Part shown: positions 12,741 through 25,157 of the stretch, piece by piece
Layout: each line of letters starts with the position of its first letter
Position numbering within the stretch: the stretch's first letter is position 1
Source of the DNA: Okamejei kenojei
Lineage: Eukaryota
Assembly: GCA_035221665.1 (NCBI GenBank)
Contig: CM069140.1
Span: 4,898,001-4,962,000 of the forward strand
Direction of reading: 5' to 3'
Length of the DNA: 64,000 nt
Position numbers and translations under genes: made by a program
The notes under the pieces: generated by a model
Told to the model about the DNA's origin: nothing
The model's input: only the letters and a program-made list of their open reading frames with translations
The model's database searches: none

Positions 12741-12774
12741 GGTCTGAAGAAGGGTCCCGACCCGAAACGTCACC
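12741..12774 (+). ncRNA. Minimal type I hammerhead ribozyme in a PLE terminal repeat (best-preserved copy)
   Basis: GGU-CUGAAGA-A-GGGU-CCCG-ACCC-GAAA-CGUC^-ACC. Both core boxes are present, with stem II, a palindromic mini stem III (ACGU), a GUC cleavage triplet ending at 12771 and stem I GGU/ACC. Confidence 0.75.
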
Positions 12775-15700
12775 CATTCCTTCTCTCCAGAGCTGCTGCC
12801 TGGCCCGCTGAGTTACTCCAGCTTTTTGTGTCTACCTGCTGTGGACTGTTAGGTCAAGAAGCATGTCACACAATAGACCGTGTATAATCACTGAAGCAAT
12901 TGAAGTCCACTCTCATAATGGCACTGTTCAGTTCTGCCGTTCCAAAAGTGTATTTTGCTTCCAACTATTAGCACGCCCCCACTCCCCTTTCACTTCATGT
13001 TCGTTTTGAACTAGAAAGACTGGATAGCGTGCAGCATTTCACAAGCTTGCTAATTGAGTGTTTACTGTTTCAACCTGTTGCAAAGTCATTGTGTGAGTAA
13101 AAGACAATTAAAAAAAGCTGGAAAGCCAAAACAACATTGTTGGCAACACTCGAGCCAGACAGCATTCGCGGAAAGATAAAGCGGTAACATCAAGACAAAA
13201 CCTTCCAGATGTTACACACAAAAAAGCTGCAGTAACTCAGTGGGTCTGAAGAAGTCTCGACCTGAAACGTCACCTATTCCTTTTCTCCAGAGAAGCTGAC
13301 TGACCCGCTGAGTTACTTCACCTTTTTGTGTCTATCTGCGGTTTAAACCAGCATCTGCAGTTGCTTCCAACAAAACTTTCAGATGTTTTTGAGTTAGTGA
13401 TTTGTCATCTGATCAGCAGGCAATAAACGTAATGATGACACTGCCAAGTCTCCAGGCATTGATGCCTCTAGTCCAGTTACTTAACCAGATTTATTTCAGT
13501 CCGAAGCCCATTGCAAGCATTGGGATGGAGTTTGCTGTTGCATCAGCCTCTGGAACATGGTCAAAAAAGAATCTGAACAATTTATGGTAGGAGAGCAAGG
13601 AACTGCTGATGCTGATTTCCAAAAATAAAAGAGCCGGAGCAACTCAGCAGGTCAGGTAGCATCTCTGGAGAACATGGCTACGTGACGTTTCAGGTCGGGA
13701 CCCTTCCTCATTGTAGTGGTGATGGGGGGGGGGGGGGGGGGGGGGGGGGGAGAGACAGGAGGCTTATAAGACGTGGATGGGACAAAGCCAAGCAAGTGAT
13801 AGGTGGATAGACACAAAATGCTGGAGTAACTCAGCAGGTCTGGCAGTATCTCTGGAGAAAAGGCGAGGGAACATTTCGGCCTGAAACGTCACCTATCCTT
13901 TTCTTCCGGGGATGCTGCCACAGTTACTCCAGCACTTTGGTATCTTTGGCCATCATTGGTAAAAAAAAGCAGAGTCTGCAGTTCCTTGTTCCTGCAAGTG
14001 ATAGGTGGATACAGGTGAGGGCGGGGGAGGGGGGGGGGGTTAACTGACAGATGGGTGGACAAAAATGCAAGTGATAGGTGGATACAGGTGAGGGCGGGGG
14101 AGGGGGGGGGGTTAACTGACAGATGGGTGGACAAAAATGCAAGAGATAAAAACATGTGACTTAAGGATGTGAGACAAGAAGAGAGGAGGAACGAAATGTG
14201 AAGCTGGAGGAGAGGATAGCAATTGAAGGGGAGGGGATAGCAATGGAAGGGGAGGGTAAAAAAGGAGAGGGCCAGATAATGAGAGAAATGGATGCCCCAG
14301 AGAAGAGGGGGGAACAGAAATGGGATTGGTGTTTTGGTTAGTTAGATGGCTGTCAAGTGCACAGAAAATATTAATTCAACTTATAAGGGGCTTTCAAACC
14401 GTTATTTTGCAAGTTTAGTTTAAAGATACAGCACGGAAACAGGCCCTTCAGCCTACCGAGTCAGTGCCGACCAGCGAGCATCCGTACACTACCAACGCAC
14501 AGACTGGGGACAAGTTACAGAAGTCAATTAACCTACAACCTGCACAAACCTGCAACAACATACAAACTGGGTATAGACAGCACCCTTAGTCAGGATCGAA
14601 CCCAGGTCTCTGGCGTTGTAAGGCAGCAACTCTACTGCTGCACCACCGTGCCGCCCTTAGGTTGTAAGCTACCCGTGTAAATTAGCATCTGCAGCTCTTT
14701 GGTTTCCCACTTCAATTTGCCGAAAATGTTTTCGACCGATTCCGCACTCTGGCATTGGGGGTTGCCCAGGACTGAAAAGTATCAAGTGTGCTGGACTAAC
14801 GAGGAAGACAATTGGTAATTGTTCTCAAAAAGTAAAAAAAAGTCAGTGCTTCAGAGACAAATAATGTACGTAAAGCAAAAGGCAGAATATGGTCATCAAA
14901 AAGGGCAACAAATTGCGAAAGCCAGGATTCCAAAAGTGAGAGTCAGAGTCACACAGCAGTGAAACAGGCCCTTCGGCCCAACTTGCCCATGCCAACTAAG
15001 ATGTTCCATGTACGCGAGTCCCACCCGCCCGCATGTCCGTCTGAACCCATGTCCAAGTATCTTTTAAATGTTGTTATAGTACCTGCCTCAAATACCTCCT
15101 CTGTTTAAACTTAAGATAGAGCACGGACACAGGCCCTTCGTCCTACCGAGTCCTTGCCGACCAGCGATCGCCCCATACACAAACACGGTCCTACAGACTA
15201 GGGACAATTTTACAACTTACTGAAGACAATTGACCTACAAACCTGCAAGTCTTTGGAGTGTGGGAGGAAACCGGGGCACCCGGAGAAAACCCACTTGGTC
15301 ACTGGGAGTGAACTCTATGTTGTCTAGAGATGCTGCCTGACCCACTGTGTTACTCTAGCACTTTGCACCTATCCATGTTCACCAGAGACGCTGCCTGACC
15401 CGTTGAGTTGCTCCAGCATTTTGTCTCCATCTCTGAATGCTACGTCCAGTGTGGTATCAGTTTGAAGTGATCTAGCTCAGGTGCAAAGGATATTACAAAC
15501 ACCAGTTTTGTTGGTCTACAGTTACATTTGATGGATGACTTGGTTGGAAGCCAGGCAATTAGCAGCATTGGACATGACTTGGAAGTGAATTCTGAAATAC
15601 TCCACTGTTGACTATTATTCATAATTTTAAGTGTCAGATGAGGATCCAAAGAACTGATTTTGGAACATTTGCAACTTTGGTTAAGCACTTTCATGAATTC

Positions 15701-17004
15701 AAAAAGCAATCCATTTATCAGGAGGCCACATGGAGGAATTTCTGTGGTCAGAGGGCAGTGAATCTGTGGAATTCATTGCCACAGACGGCTATGGAGGCCA
15801 AGTCATTGGGTATTTTTAAAGTGGTGATTAACAGATTCTTGATTAGCAAGGATGTCTGGGGTTATGGGAGAAGGCTGGAGAATAGTGTTGCAAGGGAAAT
15901 ATAGATCAGCCTTGATTGAATGATGGAGTGGACTTGATGAGCTAAATGGCCTAATTCCGCTAAAAAAAATAACTTATGAAGAACGAACAACTCATTGGCT
16001 TTTAAATTTTGCAGAAGGCTAACATACAACTCCCTTAGCATCAAGCGGTAGAGCTGCTGCCAGAGACCTAGGTTCCATCCTGACTACGCCTGCTGTTTGG
16101 ACGGAGTTTATATGTTCTCTGTGTGACCCGCGTGGTTTCCTTTGGGTGCTCTGGTTTCCTCACTCCAGAGATGTGCCGGTTTGTAGGTAAAGTGACTTCT
16201 GTAAATTGCCCCTAGAAGGATATAGGACTAGTGTACGGTTAGTGTTGGTTGGCATGGACTCGGTGGGTGAAAGGGCCCCTTTTCATGCCATCTCTCTAAA
16301 ACAAACTATTGCCTTCACCTCATTGGTCTCAGTTTAACATTGTTTGTGAAAGTCAGCAAAGTGCAAGATTCTTTCTATAGCTCTCAGACCAGTGAGCCCA
16401 TGGGCTCATATCTTAACCAGACAGTCAAAACCTTTTTTTAATTTAATTTATAGACACAGCACTGTATGAGGCCCTTCAGCCCACTGAATCCATGTCAACC
16501 AGCGATCCCCACGCATTAACTACCCCGCACACACTAGAGACAATTTACATTTATACAAAGCCAATTAACCTACAAGCCTACACGTCTTTGGAGTGTGGGA
16601 GGAAACTGAAGATCTCGGAGAAAACCCACACGGGTCACGGGGAAAGCGTACAAACTCTGTATTGACAGCACCGATAGTCAGGATCAAACCTGGGAATCTG
16701 GCAATGCAAGCGGTGTAAGCCAGCAACTTTACCGCTGCGCCACCCTTTTTCCCAGGACAGAGATGGAATACTAGAGGGTGTAGCTTTAACGAGAGAGGGG
16801 CAAAGTTTAAAGATGTGTGGAGCAAGTTATTAGAGGTTGGAGTGTGCCTTGAGTGTGTTGCCAGGGTGGTGGAGGCAGACACAATAGTGGCATTTGACAG
16901 GTGTTTGGGTAGTCAGGGAATGGAGGGATAATGATTATGTGTCATGTTTGGCACAGGCATTGTGGGCCGAAGGGCCTGTTTCTGTGTTGTACTGTTCTAT
17001 GCGT

Positions 17005-17858
17005 GAGGGCAGCGCGACCGACGTTGCAGCGGCCTCTGCAGTCTGTCTTTTTTAAAAATGTTGTCCCGTTGAATGTATAGTTTGTTGTGTTTTTTATATT
17101 ATTTTTAGCTGTGTAAATGTGGGGGGCGTGGGGGGGCATGGGGGGCGTGGGGGAAACTTTTAAATCTCTTCCCTGTACAGGTGACCCGACCTTGTCCCTG
17201 TCGGGTCTCCGTTGTCCTTGGGGCCTAGCAACGTGGAGCAGCCTCCAACCAGAATGACCTGGGGCTCCAGTCGCGGAGCCTGCGGACTCACCATTGTGGG
17301 GCTGGCCGGCTTCGGAGCGTGGAGAGCTGTGGTGGCGTGTGGCTGCGACCCGAGTCCGGAGCTCGGAGGCTCCAGCCGCAGGTCCGGTGGACGGTGACAT
17401 CGGGAGCTCGCGGGTCCCTGGTGGAAGATCGCTTTTCGGAGCTCCCACAACGGCAACTTCTCCCGCCTGAGTTGCGGGGTCAAAATTGACCTGGAGTGGG
17501 GCCTTGCATCGCCCGGCGCGACTTTAACGGCCGCGGGACTTGCCATCGCCCGCCGGGGGCTCCAACATTAAGACCCGGAGCGGGGCCTTACATTGCCCGG
17601 TGCGATCTTAACGGCCGCAGGACTTGGCATCGCCCGCCGGGGGCTTTAACATCGGGAGAAGAAATGGAACACAGGGGAGAGACAATGACTTTGCCTTCCA
17701 TCACAGTGAGGAGGAGATTCACTGCGATGGATGTTTGTGTAAATTGTGTTGGTGTGTGTCTTGGTTTTTTCTTGTTGTATGACTGCAGACACCAAATTTC
17801 GTTTGAACTTCTTTTGAGGTTCAAATGACAATAAATAAATTGTATAATTGTATTGTAT
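17005..17858 (+). mobile_element. Unclassified GC-rich non-LTR-type element
   Basis: CpG-rich body with an internal ~84-bp tandem duplication (17498-17652), a 3' hairpin at 17802-17825, then tgacaataaa and an (ATTGT)n-like tail. Confidence 0.55.
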
Positions 17859-17934
17859 ACCTCACGTTATCAATCCATTAACTTTAACAAAGGGTTTGGT
17901 AGGCAAGGAAAGGAGATGAGTTAAGACAAGCTGA

Positions 17935-18240
17935 TTTAGACTTTAGACTTTGGAGATATAGCGCGGAAACAAGCCCTTCGGCCCACCAAGACCGCGCCGA
18001 CCAGCGATCACCCCGTACGCTGGCACTACCCTGCGCACTACGGACAATTTACAATTTTTCTGAAGCCAATTAACCAAGAAAACCCATAGGTCTGTGGAGT
18101 GTGGGAGGAAACCGGAGCACCCATAGAAAACCCACGCTGTCACAGGGAGAATTGGGTACAGGCAGCACCTGTAGTCAGGATTGACCCCGGGTGTCTGGCA
18201 ATGTAAGACTGCAACTCTACCGCTGTGCCACCGTGCCACC
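17935..18240 (-). mobile_element. V-SINE (other minus-strand copies at ~5100-5350, 7978-8262, 14412-14656, 15110-15310, 16450-16745, 40050-40330)
   Basis: Reverse complement of the same consensus. Confidence 0.8.
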
Positions 18241-19014
18241 CACATCAGATTAGACACGTTAGGAAGAAGAACGAGTACAACATTGTAGATTCAACTGCGG
18301 AGCAAGATTACCAGGCATATTTAGATGCGAGAGGCAGCTGTTCTTGTAACAAATTGGTAAAAATAACTAATCATTCACTCCTCATGCCACCATTAACCTT
18401 GGCAAGGAGGATAGGAGGCACAGTTCAGTGGGGCCGAATGGTCCGATTTCCACAAACTAAATGGAGCAGTCTACTGGGATCACCAAACCCACAAAGTGTC
18501 TGGACCCGAAACCCATTCCTTCTCTCCAGAGATGCTGCCAGTCCCGTTGAGTTACTCCAGTGCTTTGTGTCTATCTATGGTGTAAACCAGCATCTGCATT
18601 CATTCCTACTCATTTTGAACTGGTGGTTTGAATGTTTACCTCATGCATTCCAAAAGATTTGAAGCAGATATTACTGCTTCATTTTGAGCAGAGAGCCCAG
18701 TTTCTACTTGGCACTTGACCAAAAACAAGAAGGTATTTTACTTGTCTAAATGTCTCACCCAGCTAGATTTTAAAATAAGCCTGCATTCTTCAATGTGGGT
18801 GGTTTCAGTGGAAAACTACAATTCTGAACTAGGATTAATCCTGTATTATTCACGAATGGCTGCATGCTACACTTGGGAGATTTGTCTTCTTAAAAACATC
18901 TGTCACTAACACAGAAACCTTGAGTGTAACCACTTGGGGATTTTCACTGAACCTTGGCTCACAGCACCCTTGTCTTGAGCATAACTCTTGGATCTAAGCA
19001 AGCACATCACACAA

Positions 19015-19670
19015 TTTCCCCTGCAACCACAGGAGATGCAACACCTGTCCCTAAGCCTCCTTCCTCGACTCCGTCCAAGGACCATGACAGACCTTTCAGG
19101 TGAGGCATTTGCACCTCCTCCAACCTCATCTACTGTATCCGCTGTTCCAAGTTTGGCCTCCTTTATATCAGCGAGACCAAGTGCAGGCTTGATGATCGTT
19201 TCGCTGAACACCACCGCTCAGTCCGCCTAAGCCTACACGATCTCCTGGTTGCTAAACGCTTGAACTACCCCACCCATTCCCATACTGACCTTTCTGTCCT
19301 GGGCCTCCTCCACTGTCAGAGTGAAGCCCAACACAAATTAGAGGAACCATCTCATATTTTGCTTGGGCATCTTACACCCCAGCGGTATCATTATTGACTT
19401 CTCAAACTTCAAGTAACCCTTGCTTTCCCTCTCTCTCCGTCCCTCCCCCACCCTAGTTCTCTGACTAGTTTCACTGTCCTCCTGATTAATTATTACTGAT
19501 TGTATGCCTCGTTGTCACCTTCCCCTCAGCTAATAATGAACCATTCTACGTTTCCTTATCAAGATCTGTTTTGATCTCTCCTTTTCACACCTTTCCCCTC
19601 CATATCTCCACACTCCCTCCCAGTCTGAAGAAAGGTCTTAACCCAAAACATCACCCATTTCTTCTCTCGA
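19015..19670 (+). mobile_element. Penelope-like element 3' remnant (GIY-YIG endonuclease plus hammerhead-bearing terminal repeat)
   Basis: Translation across frameshifts: FPCNHRRCNTCP...CTSSNLIYCIRCSKFGLLYISETKCRLDDRFAEH...HSHTDLSVLGLLHCQSE...DFSNFK* (stop 19414-19416). The Cys-rich linker suggests the Neptune group. Degenerate hammerhead at ~19625. Confidence 0.85.
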
Positions 19671-20319
19671 GGCAGCAGACCATGATCAGTTTAAGACACT
19701 AGACAGGAAAATAGGACATGGGCCTGTCCCACTTAGGCAATTTTTTAGGCGAATACAGGCGACTGTGGAAAAACATGTTGACATTTTTTCGGCGACAGTG
19801 GCAACAGTTTGGGCTGTCGTAGGTTGACATAGGTTGTTGTAGGTGCTGTCGTAGGTTGTCGCCAGGTGACGCAGGTTGTCGACGGTGCTGACTTTAGTGA
19901 ATTCCATTGTCCTAGTTGCTGCCAGTCACATAAAAAATCGCAATATCAGGACAAAACAAAAGGTATGTCGTTTATTTAACATATTATCTTGCTTTTTGGT
20001 GTGGCTTTATGTTAATCTTATGATACAAAAAATGTTATATAGGCCCCCATAAGAATCAGCTGTGTCTTGCCTGCCGATATGGGTTTAAAATTTAAGACAA
20101 TGGCAAAATTCCAATCGATCACATTCCAGAAACATCCACTCTCAAGATAATCATATTCATCATTTTTTTGCACAATCATCTAACTCATCTATATTTTGTG
20201 TTATTGTCTATCCATGATCAATATTTTCATATTAAATATCCACAGTACAGTTTTAGTCAGATGTATTGTGCAAAAAAATAATGATTCTGATTATCTTGAG
20301 AGTGGATGTTTCTGGATTA

Positions 20320-21581
20320 ATTTATGGGAATTAAACTTTAAATTCCTTCCATTTGGCATATAAATGCATGACAAAGTGAGATTTAAAAACCATGTTATAT
20401 TGTGAATTATTTTGTGAATGGGAGCAGTTTGTTATTTGTTATTTGGCTACTTAGGCTATTTAAAAATGGTAGCCTTTTCTTAAGAAATGGATAGATGTTT
20501 AGATCTAGTAATTTAATTTAGATGAATTTAATTGATTAGATGAATTTAATTGATTTGATGAAACTGATGAATATGATTTTTTTGTTGAGTAGTTACTATT
20601 TGTTTAAGCGTTTAACTTTATCATTTCTAAAACTGCAAATAATAACTTGTTTCTGTTAATGCGGTGCAGTGTTTTATTTTTCTTTACATTTTAAACAGAT
20701 GTTTCTGAAGAAGAAATGCAAAATTGTCAATCCAAATGCCCAGCAAAAGAAACTGATTTAGACAGCATTCGCAGAGATTATCCGAATTTGGACTACTCCA
20801 AATGTGATGATCTACATGACAATCTTAATGGGATAGTAGTTGGCAGAAAGGCATGTCATGTGTGGTTTGAAGAGCAAAAACTTGTAGTTTACAATGCCAA
20901 AATTGAAAAGTTGAGGATAAACAAGGTGTTACTTATCGGTTACAATCTGAGGAGTATGATGATGCTACTGATTATGATATGCCAATGTACCAGCTAGCAA
21001 CTAATCTTCTCCATAAAGACTTGGTCTATTGCTAGAAATTGTAATTTTTTTACCTGTCTGTTACGGACTTACAGCATATAATACAATAATATTAAAGTTC
21101 TGATCTTGAGAATATCACATTTTTGAATTTTCAAGGCAGTCTGGGTGTTTATTACTATTTCCGTCACAACGGTCAATTTTGTAATTAGCTACAATTAGGT
21201 AACTAACTAATTATATGCTTTAATTTCAGGTCATCCAAGTAACATGTTTTATATTTGTTTTAGAATGCTTCAATCTATAATAACTGAAAATTTCATTCAG
21301 TTCTGTTAATTTTTAAGAAAGTTATGGGCTTTTGATCACAGCTTTTGTGCTGTTAATTTTTAAGAAAGTTATGGGCTTTTGATCACAGCTTTTGTGTTAA
21401 GTCAATGGAAAAGCAATAGGGAACAAGATGCTAATTTCCAAGTATGAAAATGACCATAACGTTTTTAATACTGAAGATATGAAAGTGAATTAGGTTTCAA
21501 ATTAAACTTCTTGTTATGCTTGATCTGATGGGATAAATTGCAGGCTTGACTTGTAAAATCTCAAAATTGTGTGACATTCCT
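20320..21581. mobile_element. Related hAT-like element remnant carrying an extra ~650-bp internal segment
   Basis: Aligns by eye with ~59800-60443 apart from the insert at ~20520-21180; ends gtgacattccta; contains a ~47-bp tandem duplication near 21303-21396. Confidence 0.65.
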
Positions 21582-21981
21582 ACTCTTTGTGTCTATCTTC
21601 GGTTTAAACCAGCATCTGTAGTTCCTTAAACAACATGTTAGTCTGTTTTGGTTACGCTGGTACATAAGCTAATTAGAAACTCCTGCTCCATAATGAATCA
21701 TTTTTTAAAGACTATTTACAAACAGAAGAGAACTCCAATTCATGGTCTGGTGTTTCGCACAGAGTGAAGGGAATTTCAACAACCTTCAGGGGTACAAACC
21801 GCAGCGATTACCCCCTCGATCTCCGAATGTTGTACCTAGTGTGTTAATTTCAGAAATTCTAGACATCACACAACAGGGATATGAAACCGGGGTGGCCATA
21901 CACAATTCTAATCTCATATTTTAAACAGATGGGCTGAAAGGCCTGTTTCCTTGCTGTATAACTATGATTCCAATTCCCACA

Positions 21982-22497
21982 TAGGGTTGCCACTGTTCCG
22001 TATTAGCCGGGACATCCCAGATTTTGGGCTAAATTTGTTTGTCCCATACAGGACATCCTTGTCCCATATTTGACTGCTACTACTCAGGTCAAGAGGACTG
22101 TCGGGTCGGGGTGCCACGTCCGGCCCCGCCTCTCCCGTCCCGATGTAGTGCAGCCCATGGAATGCAGCAGCAGCATCTCGCCCGTGGCCCCGTCGGTCGG
22201 CAGCCCGTCCAGCTGCCTGACCTTCGGACCTTCGCTTACCGCCGACACCACCACCCCACCTTCTCATGGCGATCATCGGTTCAGAGTTGGATGGGATGCT
22301 GGACTTTGCGCGCAAAGTCACCTGGGCCAAAACTCCTCAGCTGGCCCACCGGCTGGGCTTTGTGTGCAGTCCAGCACCCGGGCCAACTCATCATTCACCC
22401 ACCCATGGCCGAGTCGGTCAACGATTTGCCGTCGGGAACTTGTCCCGTATTTTTACCTTTTGCCCCATATTTGGGAGTAAGAATGTTGGCATCCCTA
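21982..22497. mobile_element. hAT-type non-autonomous element
   Basis: TIR TAGGGTTGCCA / TGGCATCCCTA with an 8-bp TSD ttcccaca / ttgccaca. Confidence 0.85.
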
Positions 22498-25157
22498 TTG
22501 CCACATGTAATCGCACTCTGCCTCAGTCTCAACTGGAAAACTTCCTAAAGTCGGACATGTATCTGCAACTAGTGCTTCCCCATAAATGAGAGGAATAGAT
22601 CGGATAGAAGAACAGAGTCTCTTGCCCAGAGTAGGGGAATCAAGGACCAGAGGACATGGGTTTATGGTGAAGGGGAAAAGATTGAACAGGAATCTGAGGG
22701 GTCATCTTTTCACACAGAGGGTGGTGGGTGTATGAAACAAGCTGCCAGAGGAGGTAGTTGAGGCTAGGACAATCCCAACATTTAAGAAACCTTAAGACAG
22801 GTACATGGATAGGACAAGTTGGGAGGATATGGGCCAAATGCTGGCAGGTGAGCCTAGTGTAGCTGGAACATGTTGGCCGGCATGGGCAAGTTGGGCCGAA
22901 GGGCCTGGTTCCATGCTGTATAACTAAATGCAGAAAGCGATTTTGATTTGCTAGCCCACAAATTTCTCTGCACACTGCTGATATTTTTCTCAGTTCTCTT
23001 CAGTTTATTGTTGATTGTCACGTGTACAGGTGAACAGTAGAAAACCGTGAACATGTTTTTGTCACGTGCTATCCAGTCAGCAGAAAGACAATACATCATT
23101 ACAATCGAGCTATTTACAAGGTACAGATACATAATAAGGGAATAATATTTAGTGCAAGGTAAAGCAAGCAAAGTCCGACCAAGGATAGTCCGAGGGTCAC
23201 CAATAAGGTAGATAGTAGTTCAGCACTGCTCTCTGGTTGTGCAGTTGAGCAATTCCTAGACCAAGAGATGCTGAGAGAATATCACTGCATTATTTTGTGA
23301 ATGATAGATTGACACTGGATGATGCTGGAGTAACTCACCTCTGGATAGAAGGAATGGGTGATGTTTCGGGTCGAGACCCATCTTCAGACCCTTTGTACAT
23401 AGTGTACAAACTTGTGAACATCAGCAAGAGTTCTCCTTCAATAAATCACAGTGTACCTTTCAAAGCCCAACCCATGAGCTGTTCTTACCTGGTCTGTGCA
23501 AACTTCAGGGCAATGCCAGACAAATAACTGGCATTTCTCATTCAGTTTGCACAAATTCTGACTAGTAGATAAGAATTTTGTTTTGCCAGCATGTTTACAG
23601 TTCCAATTAAGCAAACAAAAAAAATAATTAAAGCTTTGAATGGTCAAAACAAATGAAGGGTACCGTACCTGAAATGTTAATGTTTCTCCTTCCACAGATG
23701 CTGCCCCATCTGCTGAGACAGGTTCCAGCATTTTGTTTCGGGTTTTGCAGGTTTGGTTTTTCCAAGGGGCTCTCGCCTGCATTTATACCCTTGACATCTG
23801 CCAAACTTGACAATGAGTTGTGGAGGGATCTTCATAACTATTGGGAAGTTGGTGAGTGGAGGTGGGCGACTTGTGTAGGAAGGAACTGCAGATGCTGGTT
23901 TACACGGAAGATAGACACGAAAAGCTGGAGTAACTCAGCGGGTCAAGCAGCATCTCTGGAGAAAAAGGAATAGTGACATTCCAGGTCGAGACCCTTCTTC
24001 AGGCCTCTTGCTTTTTTCACACAAAGGGTGTTTGAGGCGGGGACTATCCCAACATTTCAGAAACAGTTAGACAGGTACATGGATAGGACAGGTTTATGGA
24101 ATATGGGGCAAACGCAGGCAGGTGGAACGAATGTAGACGATGCATGTTGGTTGGCGTGGGCAAGTTGGGCTGAAGGGCCCGTTCCCATACTGTACGACTC
24201 TATGATAAAGCAAATGTGCATATATACTTATATAACCTCACAACGACACCTTAATATGGGCCAGAGAACAACATGGCCACTTTACTGTTAGTAAGATGGA
24301 TGGATAACACAAGAGCAATGGGAACAATACCGAGCTTCCCACCAACACACTCAGCTACCCAATGTCTTCAGCGTCTGAGGAAGGGTCCCGACCCGAAAGG
24401 CCACTCATTCCTTCTCACTAGAGATGCTGCCTGTCCTGCTGAGTTACTCCAGCATTTTGTGTCTACCTAATGTCACACTTACATCAAAAATACACCATTA
24501 AGGAATGTACGTTTCGATCCTGCAAAGTTGGGGGTCTTCAATCTAGTGTGGGATGCATTACAAATCTAGAGCCTGGTAGCTCACACACAAACAAAGATAC
24601 CATAACTGAAAAGAGGGCAGGATCACAATTGCAATCAAACACCCTGTCGCATATTGAAAACTAGTTTAATTAGCAATAATTGCATCTTGGAAATTTGATC
24701 AAAACTTTTAGGGTGGCACAGTGGTGCAGCTGGTAGAGTAGCTATCTCACAAAGCCAGAGATCAGGGTTTGATCCTGACCTCTGGCGCTGTTTCTGTGGA
24801 GTTTGCAGGTTCCCTCCGTGACCAAGCAAGTTTAGTCCAGGTGCTCCAGTTTCCTTCTGCATTCTAAAGACGTAGGGTTTTATAGGTTAATTGGCCTTTA
24901 GTGTGTAGGATGCAAAAAGTGGGACAACGTGAACCTACTGAACGGGTGAACAATGGTCAGTGTGGATGCAGCGGACCGAAGTCTAAAACGAAAACTAACA
25001 CAATCTGGCTTCCTCTAGTATCCTTCCAAATCCCAAAGACATATGGGTTTGTAGGTTAATGTGTGTAGGGAGTGAATGGGAAAGTGGGATAGCATAGAAC
25101 TATATTGTGAACGGGTGATCTATGGTCAGTATTGGCTGTAGGCCGCAGGGCCCATTT

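Noticed and set aside
13993-14143. ~70-bp direct duplication (also a 25-bp duplication at 6905-6960)
   Set aside because: Simple local tandem duplications with no sign of function.
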